Positions 1 to 12,092 of a stretch of 53,247 nt of DNA are shown here, in pieces (positions within the stretch are counted from its first letter, which is position 1; each line of letters opens with the position of its first letter). Under the pieces are notes generated by a model. The model was not told the origin of the DNA, ran no database searches, and was given only the letters and a program-made list of their open reading frames with translations. The position numbers were made by a program, and so were the translations under genes. Origin of the DNA: Chara braunii (Eukaryota > Plantae > Charophyceae); contig BFEA01000019.1 in NCBI GenBank assembly GCA_003427395.1, positions 4,463,737-4,516,983 on the forward strand, given 5' to 3'.

Positions 1-153
1 TAGCGATGTCCAAAAATAGTCCCTTGCTGATGTCCAATCAATGTCTGTCTCAGGAATGTCGAAGCAGATCCTGGGCGCAATGCCCACTGTACCCCTGCCT
101 GTATCCTCTGCCTGTAACCTCTCTCTTACTCTCGTATCTGAAGAAGAAGAAGA

Positions 154-216
<63 letters not shown>

Positions 217-974
217 GGGGGGGGGGGGGGAGATGGATGGGGAGACGAAGAGATCGTCTTCCCTACTGTCTCACCTGCAGGAAGGCCGCCAGCACTGACT
301 ACCGCGAGGTTGCTGTCTGGTGCAGGTCACGAGGAGTCCCAGCTATGGCGCCAGGTAAGTCTGCCGTCCGCAGGTATGCCTCCGCCCTCTCCTACCTACT
401 CCCCTACTTCTAGTTCTCGCAGCGCAGCGCTAAGCTGCAGCGCTGGTCCAGCAGCGTGTCGCTCGAGAAGTGAGCTACCTGAACTCCCTCAGCCCAGCCT
501 CAGCTCAGCTATAAGTATCGCTGGGCGAGGCTGAGTCTCCCTGGTGCTGGCTTCAAACGGTCCAGCCGATCTGGGTCCCTACCGGACATCCAGACCGTGC
601 TGCAGATGCAGCAAGGCGCGAAAAGGCGCCTGGCCTTGGTCCGGTCTCGTCTCAGTGTACCCGGCCCAAGGTGCTGCCTTGGTGCCTGCAGTCCAAAACG
701 GCTTTGGTACCGTTGAGTCAGGTGCCAAAACGTGCCTGCTTTCGGAAGGGCCTCGTCCCTCTGTACCTGGCCCAAGGCGCTGCCTTGGGGTCTGCAAGTC
801 CGAAACGACGTCTGCACAGGCGAGCAATAGGACAACAGGTAAGTAAGTAAATAAATAAATAAATACTGCCGCCTATATCTGCAATCTGCGGTCTGGGCGG
901 CCGCCTTGGGCCTCCAGGGCGCATGTCTGCTGGCATGCGGCCTGGGGCCCCTCAGAATCCGTCGGGCCTCTCAA
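1..974 (-). mobile_element. 3' LTR (partial, runs off window) of minus-strand Ty3/gypsy element B
   Basis: Lies directly after the minus-strand polypurine tract (975-987) that follows the integrase/chromodomain. 634-974 is closely similar to the LTR fragment at 7598-7938. Contains a (GA)n tract like the other LTR. Confidence 0.8.
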
Positions 975-987
975 CCCCCCCCCCTCC
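975..987 (-). promoter_or_regulatory. Polypurine tract of element B
   Basis: Reads GGAGGGGGGGGGG on the minus strand between the end of pol and the LTR. Confidence 0.75.
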
Positions 988-1992
988 TTATGAAGTCAAG
1001 CGGGGTCGAGGGCGAAGCTGACGATCTGAAGGTGGTGCGACATGGAGCCGAAGATACCGGCTTGCCTTGCATCTTGCGTTCGTAGTGTGTGAGAACATCC
1101 GGTGCTGTTGCTTGGAGTTCCGCACGGGTCAACCGACGGGCAACTTTGTGGGTGCAGTACGCAAAGTGTACCAAGTATTCGGTCGGCCTGTTGCTGTAGC
1201 GTCACTGGGAGACAATGTCGCAGACCTCTTGAAAACCGTCCATAGAGAGTGGGTCTTGCGATCGTCACCCGGGAAAGTCGTCATGTTCCGCTGGCGTGTA
1301 AAGAGCCAACTTGGAGCAATGAAAGACCAGGTAGACGGGCAAGTGGGCGGGCACGTGAATGATGAAGGTCCAGCGGGTGCTACGATGGGCCAGGGCCCCA
1401 TCAATTTCGGGAGGAGCTTGGGAGGGAGATGTTGTTCGAGGCTGAATTCTGCGGCAGAGACCCAAATGAGGTCGCCGACGCAGAATGGACAAGGAAGACG
1501 CTGGCGATTGGCCTGTTGGCTCATGCATTGCTGCGTCTTAGCCATCTGGTTGCGTGCCTTGACAAGTAGCTCTTGCATCCGACGCAAGAAAAGAAGATGG
1601 TCGTCGCTCTTGGCCGCTCGAGGAATGATTGTGTCCAACGGAGAAGTGACCGGCGAGCCGTGCTCGAACTCGAAGGGCGACATCCCGATAGCCGGGTGGA
1701 TGGACGAGTTGTATGCTAACTCGACATCCGGCAGCCGCTCAACCCAATCCTTTTGGTCGGGACGGATGAGAGTGTGAAGGAGAACTTATGAGGTCTCATG
1801 CACCCTCTCCGTTTGGCCATCGGTTTGGGGGTGGCGATCCAAACTTGGCTTGAGAGATGAGCCCCATCGTTTGATGAGCGCCAACCAAAAATCGAACATG
1901 AACCGAGTCTCGGTCGCAGACGATTTCCTTGGGGTAACCCTTGGTTCGAATCCAACGGGCGTAAAGAACCTCTGCCAACTCCGGTGCCTTGG
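988..1992 (-). pseudogene. Frameshifted Ty3/gypsy integrase core, GPY/F motif and chromodomain (element B)
   Basis: APELAEVLYARWIRTKGYPKEIVCDRD, HPQTDGQTERVH, SPFEFEHG, LLPKLMGPWPIV and chromodomain-like VHFAYCTHKVARRLTRAEL, split over several frames. Confidence 0.88.
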
Positions 1993-2769
1993 ATTTTGTT
2001 TTCCCACTATTTCGTTTGTGGAAAATCGCAATAGCGCAACACCTGAAATTTCCGTTTTCATTTCTCTTTTGAAAATTCAAAATTTCATTGTTGGAAATCC
2101 AGAATATCTTTCTTTTGATAATTTTGAATTCCTTTTGCGATTTCCCGTTATTTGGAAATCCGGAATATTTTTTGTAATTTCCGAAATTTGTTTTTTTCTT
2201 GAAAAACGGTCCGGGAAATGCCTCTTGCAGTTGCCATTTTCCAAACTGTGCGTACTCTGATCCGAGTAATTTTGAATATTTTTTTTATTTTATTTTCGGA
2301 ATTCTTTTATCGGAGAGTCATTTGCAGTTTGAAAGTTCAATTTTTTTTTTCCTCATTGGTAATTTCGCACTTCAAGGGGAATTGGGAGGCCTACTGAACT
2401 TGCAAACGAGTATTTTTTTCTCTCGAATTTTTTTGCAAAGTTCAAACTTTTCTTTTTAATTAGTGGCTCCTTATCTGGGCGATCAACCCACCCCTCCCAA
2501 CCTATGTTGTTGCCCCCTCTTGTCTTCTCTATCTGTCTCCGGGTACCCCCTGCGGCGACATTGGTGAGTTGCCACTTCAGCAGGCTACATCAGCAGGCTA
2601 CGTTAGCAGACCCCGTCAGTAGGCCACAAGGGCAGACCACGTTAGCAGGCCATGTCAGCCGACAGCCGCACCACGTCAGCAGCCGAACAGTGCCATGTCA
2701 GCAGCAAGGAGTGCCTCGTCAGCAGTCCTCCGGCCTGGTCTATGCTCACGCGCTTACAAACAGCCGACA

Positions 2770-4238
2770 TGGACAAGAAGTCCGGGGAAACGGCTGAGGC
2801 CTATCAGGCCCGGATGCTGGCTTTGATTACTGAACCCAAGAAATGGGCGGACGAGGTAGCAGCCGCGGAGAAGAAGAAGACAGAGGACGCCGAGAAGTCA
2901 CGTCTATTGGCAATCGAACAACAATGCCAGTAAGATGAGGCAGCAACAAAGGCTGCAGATGAAGAACGAAGTCAACGACGCGAGGAGATATTCAAGGGAG
3001 AGCAAGCCTTGCTCACAATGGCAGTGGACTGACAAGCCGAGGCCGAGAATGGTAAGATGGAAGAGTGAAAGCAAGATCGCTCTACTCTCCCATTTCACGG
3101 ATCTCCTGGCAACGTGAATTGCACAACAGGAGGACATCCACAACCTCGATGACGGGGTTCAGACGCACAACCAGGCGTTTGATCAAGTCAACAGCCCCCT
3201 CCAGCAGCTGGAGAAACGACCCATGGCCGCCCCCGTGGCCGGCTCCTCCAACACCTCTGCTCGCCTCGATACTTCGGAGATCGACGTCGGAGCCCTCAAG
3301 GACGGAGCGAAGTTACAGCAAACCGCCACGCAACAACTGGAGCAGCGGTTTTGTGTTGCTGTTGCCAACCCGAGCTCGGCACCCCGTGAGACAACTCCGA
3401 AGTTCGATGACCAGGAAATCCTCTGCGATTCGACGAAGACGGAACCGATCCCGTGGTTCCGCAAGTTTGAGCTCAGGTTGCAGCTACACCAGGTCAACGA
3501 CGGCAAGAAACATGCGTACTTGTACTCCGGGTCGGATGCGCGTGCCACGCATGGTTGGACAATCTCTTGTCCAAGTACGGGGTAGTAGCTGCCAACTTAT
3601 ACACCAAGATCAGCTGGGATGATCTAAAGGCGGCGTGGCATATGCGGTTCCAAGTAGAGCCGTCGAAGATCAAGGCAATGGACAAATTGATGACCTTCGA
3701 ATAAGGCATGCTGCCGAGTGTTGGTTGGATTGCCGAGTACCAACGTTTGACATCAGTCCCAAACATTCACATGGGGTTCAAGGTCGTCAAACACTACATC
3801 TCGAGGTCGTGTCCGGCGTTGGGCAACGCCTTGACTCCTGTCGAGGAGACCCTGACGACAACGACCGAGCTCTTCGGCAACCTTTTGTCTGCGGCAGGCC
3901 CGAGTAGAGATCAGCATCGGCTGAAAGTGGTCGTGGTCGCGACGACAAAGCCAACCGACCCTTCTAGCGAGGCCCTGTCTGCCAATGAAGGGGACAAACT
4001 CGCAGCCGCCCGGGATGGTGGCCGCCCTGGCGAAGGCCGAGGACGCGGTAAGCCGAAGACAAACGCCACATCTATCCCCGGGCCCGACGCAGTAGCTCCA
4101 GCCCCATGGACCCACTATGGCCTCTCAGAGCAAGCACACAAGCAACGCACGAGATTCCACTATTGTCTGTGGTGTAACAACAATCTCCACGACAAAGTGG
4201 GCTGCCCGTCGAAAGGCAAAGGCAAATCGGGAAACTGA
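2770..4238 (+). pseudogene. Degenerate gag with CCHC zinc knuckle
   Basis: MDKKSGETAEAYQARMLALI start, coiled-coil region, capsid-like WFRKFELRLQLH, and CLWCNNNLHDKVGC (CX2CX4HX4C) near 4164-4205. Several stops and frameshifts. Confidence 0.82.
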
Positions 4239-4386
4239 GCACGGCCGGGAGTGAATCGACGACACTCTCGACGCCTTCGGAACCGGTCGCTTCACGGGTG
4301 ACTGCCCTTTCTAAGGACATGCGAAAGTAGATAGTCCTCCTCTTCTATATTCTTATGAGGACTATGCTGCCCGACTCGTTCCTACG

Positions 4387-6380
4387 TTGGGTACTCATGC
4401 TCAAGGACAAGACGTGTGTGCGACATCTTCCCCGTCCGACAGCGACGACTTGTCGTCTTCAAGTGGTTCTTCACGAGATTCGGCGAGCGAGTTCAACATA
4501 GAGGTATTGGACCCTCTCACGTTCGAGGATTTCTCATGGCTTCCTCTCCCGACCACGGGCCGTTTGTTGGGACCGCAATGCGCAGCATTATGCGCTCATC
4601 TTCACACGTATCTATCTTTCTATGCACCAACAACTTCGCCGACGGAGGACGAAGTTGTGTTGGGGGACATCCATGCATATGTTACCAAGGTGGCCCGCGA
4701 GTTTCACAAGCAGCGGTACGATGACAGCAATGCACCGCTCCTCTATGTCCGCATCCAAGTTGGGCAAGCGTCTTGCAGCGCTTTGCTGGATAGCGGCGCG
4801 TCTCGCAATTTCATGAGCCAAGCCTGTATGCAAAGGGCTGGCCTTGGCGCACAAGTTAGGAGGAAGGCAAACCCGGCGGCGATTAAGTTGGCAGACGGAA
4901 GGACACAACAACTTATCGACCGCTACATCAAGGCCGCATCGGTATATTTCGCACCTCATGCATGGGAACCGGTGACGCTCGACATTTTGGACATGAACTT
5001 CAACATTATTTTGGGAATGCCTTGGCTTGCAAGTGCGGATCACACAGTCAACTTCCACCGGCGGACTCTTACCGTTCGGGACGCCTTCGACGCCGAAGTG
5101 CCGTGTACTATTCCTCTTCTTCACTCTTCGATTCAGTGCCAAGTGGTGACGACCAAGTCATTCCGGGCTACTTGCGCTTACTAGCAGCCCGACGAGATAG
5201 GCCTATGCTTCCTACGGATCGTCGCGGTAGCCGACTCTTCCCCCATGGACTTGTCTTCAGACCCCTGTGTGGTATGGTTGCTTGACGAGTTCACCTACAT
5301 CTTCGAGTCACCTACCGGTGTGGTGCCGGATTGGCCAATCTCTCACGAGATCATTCTTGAGGCTGGTGCCGTGCCGCCGAAAGGTTGCATTTACCTTATG
5401 AGCGATCATGCCGAGGCACCGGAGTTGGCCGAGGTTCTTTACGATGGTTGGATTCTAACCAAGGGTTACCCCAAGGAAATCATCTGCGACCACTACACTC
5501 GGTTCATGTCTGATTTTTGGTTGGCACTCATCAAACGATGGGGCTCATCTCTCAAGCCGAGTTTGGCTCGCCACCCCCAAACGGATGCCCAAATGGAGAG
5601 GGCGCATCAGACCGCATAGGTTCTCCTTCACACTCTCATCCGTCCCGACCATAAGGATTGGGTTGAGCGGCTGCTGGATGTCGAGTTAGCATACAACTCG
5701 TCCATCCACCCGGCTATCGGGATGTGGCCCTGCGAGTCCGAGCACGGCTCCCCGGTCACTTATCCGTTGGACACAATCATTCCACGAGCGGTCGAGAGCG
5801 ACGGCCATCTTCTTGTCTTGCGTCGGATGCAAGAGCTACTTGTCAAGGCACGCGACCAGATGTCTAAGACGCAGCCACGCATGAGCCAACAGGCCAATCG
5901 CCAGCGTCTTCCTTGTCCATTCTGCGCCGACGACCTCGTTTGGGTTTCCGCTGCGGAGTTCAACCTTGAACAAGACATCTCTCGCAAGCTCCTCCCGAAA
6001 TGGATGGGGCCCTGGCCGATCGTGGCACCTGCTGGGGATGCACCCGAAGGACCTTCCTTCATCATTCAGGTGCTCGCCCACTTGCCCGTCTACCCGGTCT
6101 TTCATTGCTCCAAGTTGGCTCTTTACATGCCAGCGAAACATGACGATTTTTCTGGGCGACGATCGCAAGACCCACCCTCTATGGATGGTTTTCAAGAGGT
6201 CGGCATCTCCCAGCGACGATACGGCAACAGACCGACCAAATACTTGGTACCCTTTGCGTACTGCGCCCACAAAGCTGACCTGTGTGGAACTCCAAGCAAC
6301 AGCTCCAGATGTTCTCAGACGCTACGAATGCAAGATGCAAGGCAGGCCGGTATCTTCTGCTCCACACCACACCTGCGTCC
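4387..6380 (+). pseudogene. Degenerate pol: aspartic protease joined to integrase/chromodomain, RT and RNaseH missing
   Basis: ALLDSGASRNF and IILGMPWL (protease). Pre-RT PPKGCIYLMS joins directly to DHAEAPELAEVLY...GYPKEIICD...HPQTDAQMERAHQ. GPY/F-type LLPKWMGPWPIV. In-frame stops at 5182-5184 and 5617-5619. Confidence 0.88.
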
Positions 6381-6388
6381 AGGGGGGG
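6381..6388 (+). promoter_or_regulatory. Polypurine tract of element A
   Basis: AGGGGGGG immediately before TGTTACATG. Confidence 0.8.
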
Positions 6389-7007
6389 TGTTACATGCTG
6401 CGCCTGCAAAGAGGGCCATTTTTAGGCCCTGTGTCGTTTCAGCCTGAAAGCCTGAAAACAAGGCCTATATGCCCTGTGTCGTTTCAGCCTGAAAGCCTGA
6501 AAACAAGGGCCTACAGGCCCTGTGTCGTTTCAGCCTAGAAAGGGCACTCCAGGCCCTGAGTCTTTTCAGCCTGAAACGGAGGGCCATTTTCAGGCCCTCA
6601 TAAGATCGACCTGCCCTGAAACTTAGGCACCAGACTAGGGTTTGAGCACAGGCCATTTTGGGCCTGTTTTCAAGACAACCTTTGTTTGAACTTCAACGCC
6701 AGGGTCTGGCACATTTTGGCATTGGCAAGAGCGGGCTCCTGGACGGGCCAGCACTATATAAGACTGGCCTGCCCTGAGGTAGTCTTCAGGATTCGGCAGC
6801 AGCACTCTGGAGGAGCGCTGCAGTAGTAGTAGTAGTAGCGTTAGCAGTAGTCTTCAGCGCTGGGCGCTATTAGGAGCTAGACTAGCACTGCAGAGAGATA
6901 GAGATTGGGCGGAGGCCAGGGAGATTCACGTGCAGCGCCATAGCTCCAGCTCGTCGCCGAGGTACCTGCAGCACAGCGCCATCTTCACAGGTTAGTACGT
7001 GGCACAT

Positions 7008-7071
<64 letters not shown>

Positions 7072-7597
7072 CTTCTTCCTCTTCTCAGTCCACCATCTCC
7101 CCCTCACCCTCTCGCTACCTGACTTCACTGCAGCAGCAGACTATGAGAGAGAGGGATTGGTGCATTGGGCTTCAGACATCTGACGAGGGATTATCTGGGA
7201 CTCGTACCGAAGACTTGGTGTTGACGACATTCCCATCTTCCCCCTCTTCTTCGTCTGATCCCCTCCTCTTCGTCTGTGTATGGTGTGGACCTGGCGCATT
7301 CTTCCTGTGTGTACACCTTGTGATGAGGATGATGTATGTGTGGTCTGCATTGCAACATTGATTGGGCTAGTCATTGGTATTCTAGCATTGCGCTGCGCTG
7401 TCTTGTACTATGTGAGAGAGGTCAGTCCCGGTCAGGTCAGGGCTTATATCTAAGTCTTCCACTGCGCTACAAGGTGCCATTTTGTATGTATCAGGATGTA
7501 CATTGCTTGTTGGGATTCCACTAACACCGCATTGTCCATTCAGTATCAGATTGTGGATCCTTGGCTATACATACATTGCCCAACTGGGCATGTAACA
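6389..7597 (+). mobile_element. Complete 3' LTR of element A (about 1.2 kb)
   Basis: Begins TGTTACATG after the PPT and ends CATGTAACA (inverted termini). Tandem GCCCTGTGTCGTTTCAGCCT motifs at 6426-6537, TATA-like TATATAA near 6755-6761, (GA)n tract. Confidence 0.88.
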
Positions 7598-7967
7598 CCT
7601 TGGTCTGGCCTCGTTTCGGTGTACCCGGCCCAAGGTGCTGCCTTGGTGCCTGTAGTCCGAAATGGCGTTGGTACCGTTGAGTTAGGCGCCAAAACGCGCC
7701 TGGTTTCAGAAGGGCCTCGTCCCTCTGTACCTGGCCCAAGGTGCTGCCTTGGGGTCTGCAAGTCGGAAACGACGTCTGCACAGGCGAGCAATAGGACAAC
7801 AGGTAAGTAGATGAATAAATAAATAAATACTGCTGCCTATATCTGCAATCTGCGGCCTGGGGGGCCGCCGTGGGCCTCCAGGGAGCATGTGTGCTGGCAT
7901 GCGGCCTGGGGCCCCTCAGCAACCGTCGGGCCCCTCAAATGGGGCCCACGTGGAGGCTCAGCATGTA

Positions 7968-7970
<3 letters not shown>
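7598..7970 (-). mobile_element. 5' end of the 5' LTR of element B, interrupted by element A
   Basis: Homologous to 634-974. Ends in CATGTAACA (TGTTACATG on the minus strand) abutting a (CA)n(GA)n microsatellite. Confidence 0.8.
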
Positions 7971-8005
<35 letters not shown>

Positions 8006-9780
8006 GTGCCATGATTGCAGTGCTGTTAGCACGTAGTCTTCTTTAGTGGGCCAAGTCTTAGCACATTTCGCGTGCTTGGTACAAAGATTGGCTCTTGTTT
8101 TTCTTTGTACGTGGTAAGACTTCTGGTAGAGACTGGAGCAGGTGAGTGAAGCTGAGTGGCTGGTGAGCACATCTTGTGTCATATGGTATCTCAAGGTTAT
8201 TGTTGATTTGGTTGGCTTTAGATGTTCCGTCTTTTTTGCGCTCCTGTTTTGCATGTGGATGCATGCTGGTCACTGAATGGCAAAGCTAAGGATTGTGATT
8301 CAGGCATCATGTTGGGTTACGGAATGAGTGATAGAGACAGGGCAATGCTTGTTTTAGTCATCTCAAGCAACTCCTGTGCAAAGCCAGCATGCTGATCCAC
8401 TTTGCTAGGATGATGATCTCCACGTTTTCCTTGGTCCTGGCAAGTCTTTTTTAGGGGGCTCAAGCTGGCACTGGAGTGTGGCTTGGTGCCGGGTCATGCA
8501 GTCTGCTCTGTTTCCATGCATGGGCCGACTGGTATGATAGGTTATGGTGGTGCAGGCAGCCAGTTCAAGGGACCATCTGCACTTTGGGTTGTGGCTTCAG
8601 TCCATCTGGTGGTCCTGCTATCGAACTGCGTTGGCGCTCCAGCACCGCCCGAGTAGGTTATCTCACTTGCAGCACTTCCCCTGTCGAGTGTCATTAATGG
8701 TGGCACTCAGCGTGTGGTTTAGTCCTGAGTCATGAGTTCTGCTGTGTTTCCATATGAGATCAGACTGATATGATAGCTGATGGTGGTTCAGGCGGCTAGT
8801 GTAATGGCTTGTTTGCACTTTGGGATATGCCTGGAGTCGGTCTGGTGATCCTGCTAGCAAATTTCTTTGGTGCTCTGGTACTGCCTGAGAAGGTCATCTG
8901 AATTGCGACATTTGGTGTATGTCACAGACGTTCATATTTCTTTCCATATTTATTTCCCTGTCTTGTGTCATCAAGCCGTGGGTTGTCTGCGGTCTTTGTG
9001 GGGGTGCTGATAACACGTGTCGAGTTTTGGGGACAGCATCCGTTGAGTACAATTCTCAATCTTACGAAGTGTGGGTCTTTGAATTTGGTGTGCAAACGAG
9101 AGGGCGAAGAGACTGGTCCTTGGGTGCCTATTAGGCATAGGTTTGTGTTGGAGGTGCGGAAACCTTAACACGTATGAGTGTCAAAGATGAGGTAGAAAGC
9201 ATAGTTGTCGTCTTGGGGTGGAAAGTGAGGACTGGTGGGTTGAGCACGAACAGATGAAGCACTGGAGTCGTGCACTAGTAATTGTCAGCCTTGGTGATGA
9301 AATTGTGGCAATCAGCAATGTACATACATTCGCTATTGCCATGAGAGGAGCATCGTTTCACAGCTGGTTGAAGAGGGTGTAAGCATCTGATTATGCCTAA
9401 GGGTTTGCGTAGCATGTGATCTTCCTATCATGCCTTTCTTCTATTTTTTTGACGACCTGTAAGAGATATTTGCTGTTAAACCAGCAGATGTTGCCCCAGC
9501 TTTTGGGAAAAGGCACACTGGTTAACACGGGGTCCTGAAAGATTTTGCCCACTCAAGGTCGGCGGATGTAGAAAGCGGGTGCACAATTTCGTGTATCCCT
9601 TCTCTGTCGATTTTTCACTCTCATTTTCTTCAACAGAAGAATCTGAAATTAATTATGCTACCGGCCAGGACTTCCATGCCATTTTTAGTTGTCCAGAATG
9701 TCCTTGTGGACGCCTCGGGACAGCTGCCCATCTGCATTGTATGTAGGCCTAGCTGTGCTCATAATCCCCCCCCCTGTGAT

Positions 9781-9955
9781 TTAAAGCACCAGTACACCAC
9801 ACATTGGACCGTGGGTGTCAGCATGAAACCCGCACCACTTCGGAGGCCGTCGCTTTCTCTTCTTCAACGGTGCCCCTGGCCGCATTGCGCCTCCAAGTTT
9901 TGCTTGTGGCGACAAAACCTTTCTGCAAGGCTGGGGCCGTGTACTAGCGGTTTAA
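9781..9955. mobile_element. MITE-like element, TTAA-bounded TIR family
   Basis: Left TTAAAGCACCAGTACAC and right GTGTACTAGCGGTTTAA are imperfect inverted termini. Confidence 0.55.
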
Positions 9956-10423
9956 GCTGATTTCTGTTTTTTAACTCGAATTCGGCTAGGAATTTGGAGA
10001 CGACTCCCAGGCAAGAGTTGTTTGTATTGGAATGCTGCATAACATTTTTCTTTTTATAGAGTTTTTTTTTTTTTTTTTTTTTTTTTCCCAATGATGTCTG
10101 GGTAATCTACACTCAGCTCTACACTCAGCTAAGGTCTGTAGCCCACAAACCGGTGTCGTTGGAGCCTGGCATACATGGCGGATGTAGTGTCTGGATAGTG
10201 TGATGGGATAGTATTAGGATATCTGATCATATCTCTGATGTAAAAGCACCTTTAATTATGTTGAGCATCCCTTCCTCCTGTACCGTAAGTGTTCCCCCCA
10301 CTTCCCCTGGACCCATGTTTTTTTTATGCTGAATGCACATGTGCAAGCCAGCCATCAAGTCGGGCATATTATGAGCCAAATCGTGCACCACAAGCCGGCC
10401 CTTCACCCATGCTTTAAAGCCTG

Positions 10424-10608
10424 TTAAACCAGCAGTTCTTTTCTCTGAGGCGGCCCTGCATGCGCCACGGATTTCAGGGCATAGCCTACTGGAGCGAAAT
10501 GGCTGGCGATGCCAGCCAGAAATGGGAAATGTGCCGATTCATGCTTTTTTGGCATGAAGAGGGAAATCCACTTCAGCGAAAGGAAACCTCGAAGTACTGG
10601 TGGTTTAA
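10424..10608. mobile_element. MITE-like element, TTAA-bounded TIR family
   Basis: TTAAACCAGCAGTTC...GTACTGGTGGTTTAA. Internal palindrome GGCTGGC-gat-GCCAGCC is shared with copies at 14145, 31959 and 33674. Confidence 0.6.
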
Positions 10609-12092
10609 AGCCTTGAGAAGTTGGGAGGATAAATTTGCTTTCTTGCATGAGCAGCATGAGAGCGAAGGGAAAATATTATGTGGACTGTAGTATGCAGCTG
10701 TACGGAAATCGGTAGAGGACCAATGTTGTGGTGTTTTATCAATGCCTCACCATATCTATCGGTTTTGAATCTGCTGCCAGCAAAATCTCCTTGAATCGAT
10801 ATTTATCTCTGGATATGCTCTTTATTGCTGTTATGCTAACAGATACACGGTTGCGATCCGGAATTCCAGAACAACCATGCAAATTGTTTTGGTATGATTT
10901 GCAGTACTGGGTGGACAAGTCATTCATTCAAATATATTAATAGCAGGAACTTGAAATTTTCAATTCACAGAACAATTGAAAAGAAAATTTGGGAAAGCTA
11001 TGAAACCTGTCTGGCCCTGGGCAGCCCAGCGCAACACAATAAACATCAAAAAGTTCTGGAGACAGAAAAACGTTGTGTACAATTGCAATGCAAAGTTCTG
11101 AAGAACATTTTGCTGATGGTCATCTCAGAATTCTTTAGTGAATCTAAGATATTGAATCTAAGATTCTAAGATAGAAATGGGGGGGGGGGGAAATCAGCCG
11201 CACCTTTTGAAGTTTAAAGCCCTTGGAAAAGTATGCAGCGGAGCAGTACAAAAGTACCTCACGCAGGGTGTGTCATCTTGAAATTCGTAGCTACATTCTT
11301 CAAGAAAAGACCCAGGCCCAGAAAAAATAAAAAATTTGTTGGAAAGGCTGCCTTGACCTATGTTGGTTGCTGCTGGTGTTCGTCTAGCATGATTATATGC
11401 TAATATATAGACTTTAAAGTTTAATAAAGTATCATTATACTATAAAGAAAAATAGAAAAATAAAAATAAAAATAAAAAATTTGTTGGTCGACGCTGCGTG
11501 TTTTGTTTGCATGGCGTTTTTGATGTTATTTGACTTTGCAAGTATGATAAGATGCATAACGATGACCCGAAAAAAACGACAACTCTGGGTCTGTTCGTCT
11601 GGCACATCCTTTTCTGAGAGTGCCAATGATGTCCCGGAAGTGTGCACATATTCTCAAAACTTGGGTAGGAAAAATAAAAAATAAAAAATGAACGAAATCT
11701 CGATACTATTGTTTCTCCGTAGTGATAAGTTGATGTCAGGTGCTGTTTACTGAAAAGAAATGAGCAGTGCTTATAAGGCCCAGCAGCTTAGGTTTTGGGA
11801 ATTAGCAAATTGCCAGCAGGATTCTCTCAGCTCAGATCCTGATGAGGGTTTTGGGAACGACCGTTTTCACACGACTATAATAATGCCTGGTTCTAATCAG
11901 GCGAGGACGATATCTGGTTCTAATAATGCCTGGTTCTAATGAACGGTATCTGGACTGGAAGTTGACTCAAATTCAGCTATAAAATGCTGGGTGTTCTGTT
12001 CGGGTGAGGACGATAGCAAGTTGGCAGCAGCTTAGCCTTGTGTGCCTTGGTTTGATAAATCAACCTGACAAGAGATGTGATTGAATTTTCAG

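Larger units (their letters stand above)
1993..7597 (+). mobile_element. Ty3/gypsy chromovirus element A: lacks 5' LTR and RT-RNaseH; AT-rich leader, gag, protease, integrase, PPT, 3' LTR
   Basis: Ordered gag-PR-IN-PPT-LTR on the + strand; see sub-features. Confidence 0.85.

Noticed and set aside
10460-10690. 76-aa ORF as an upstream exon of the TRAF-like gene
   Set aside because: No similarity to the expected MATH-domain sequence, and it overlaps a MITE copy.
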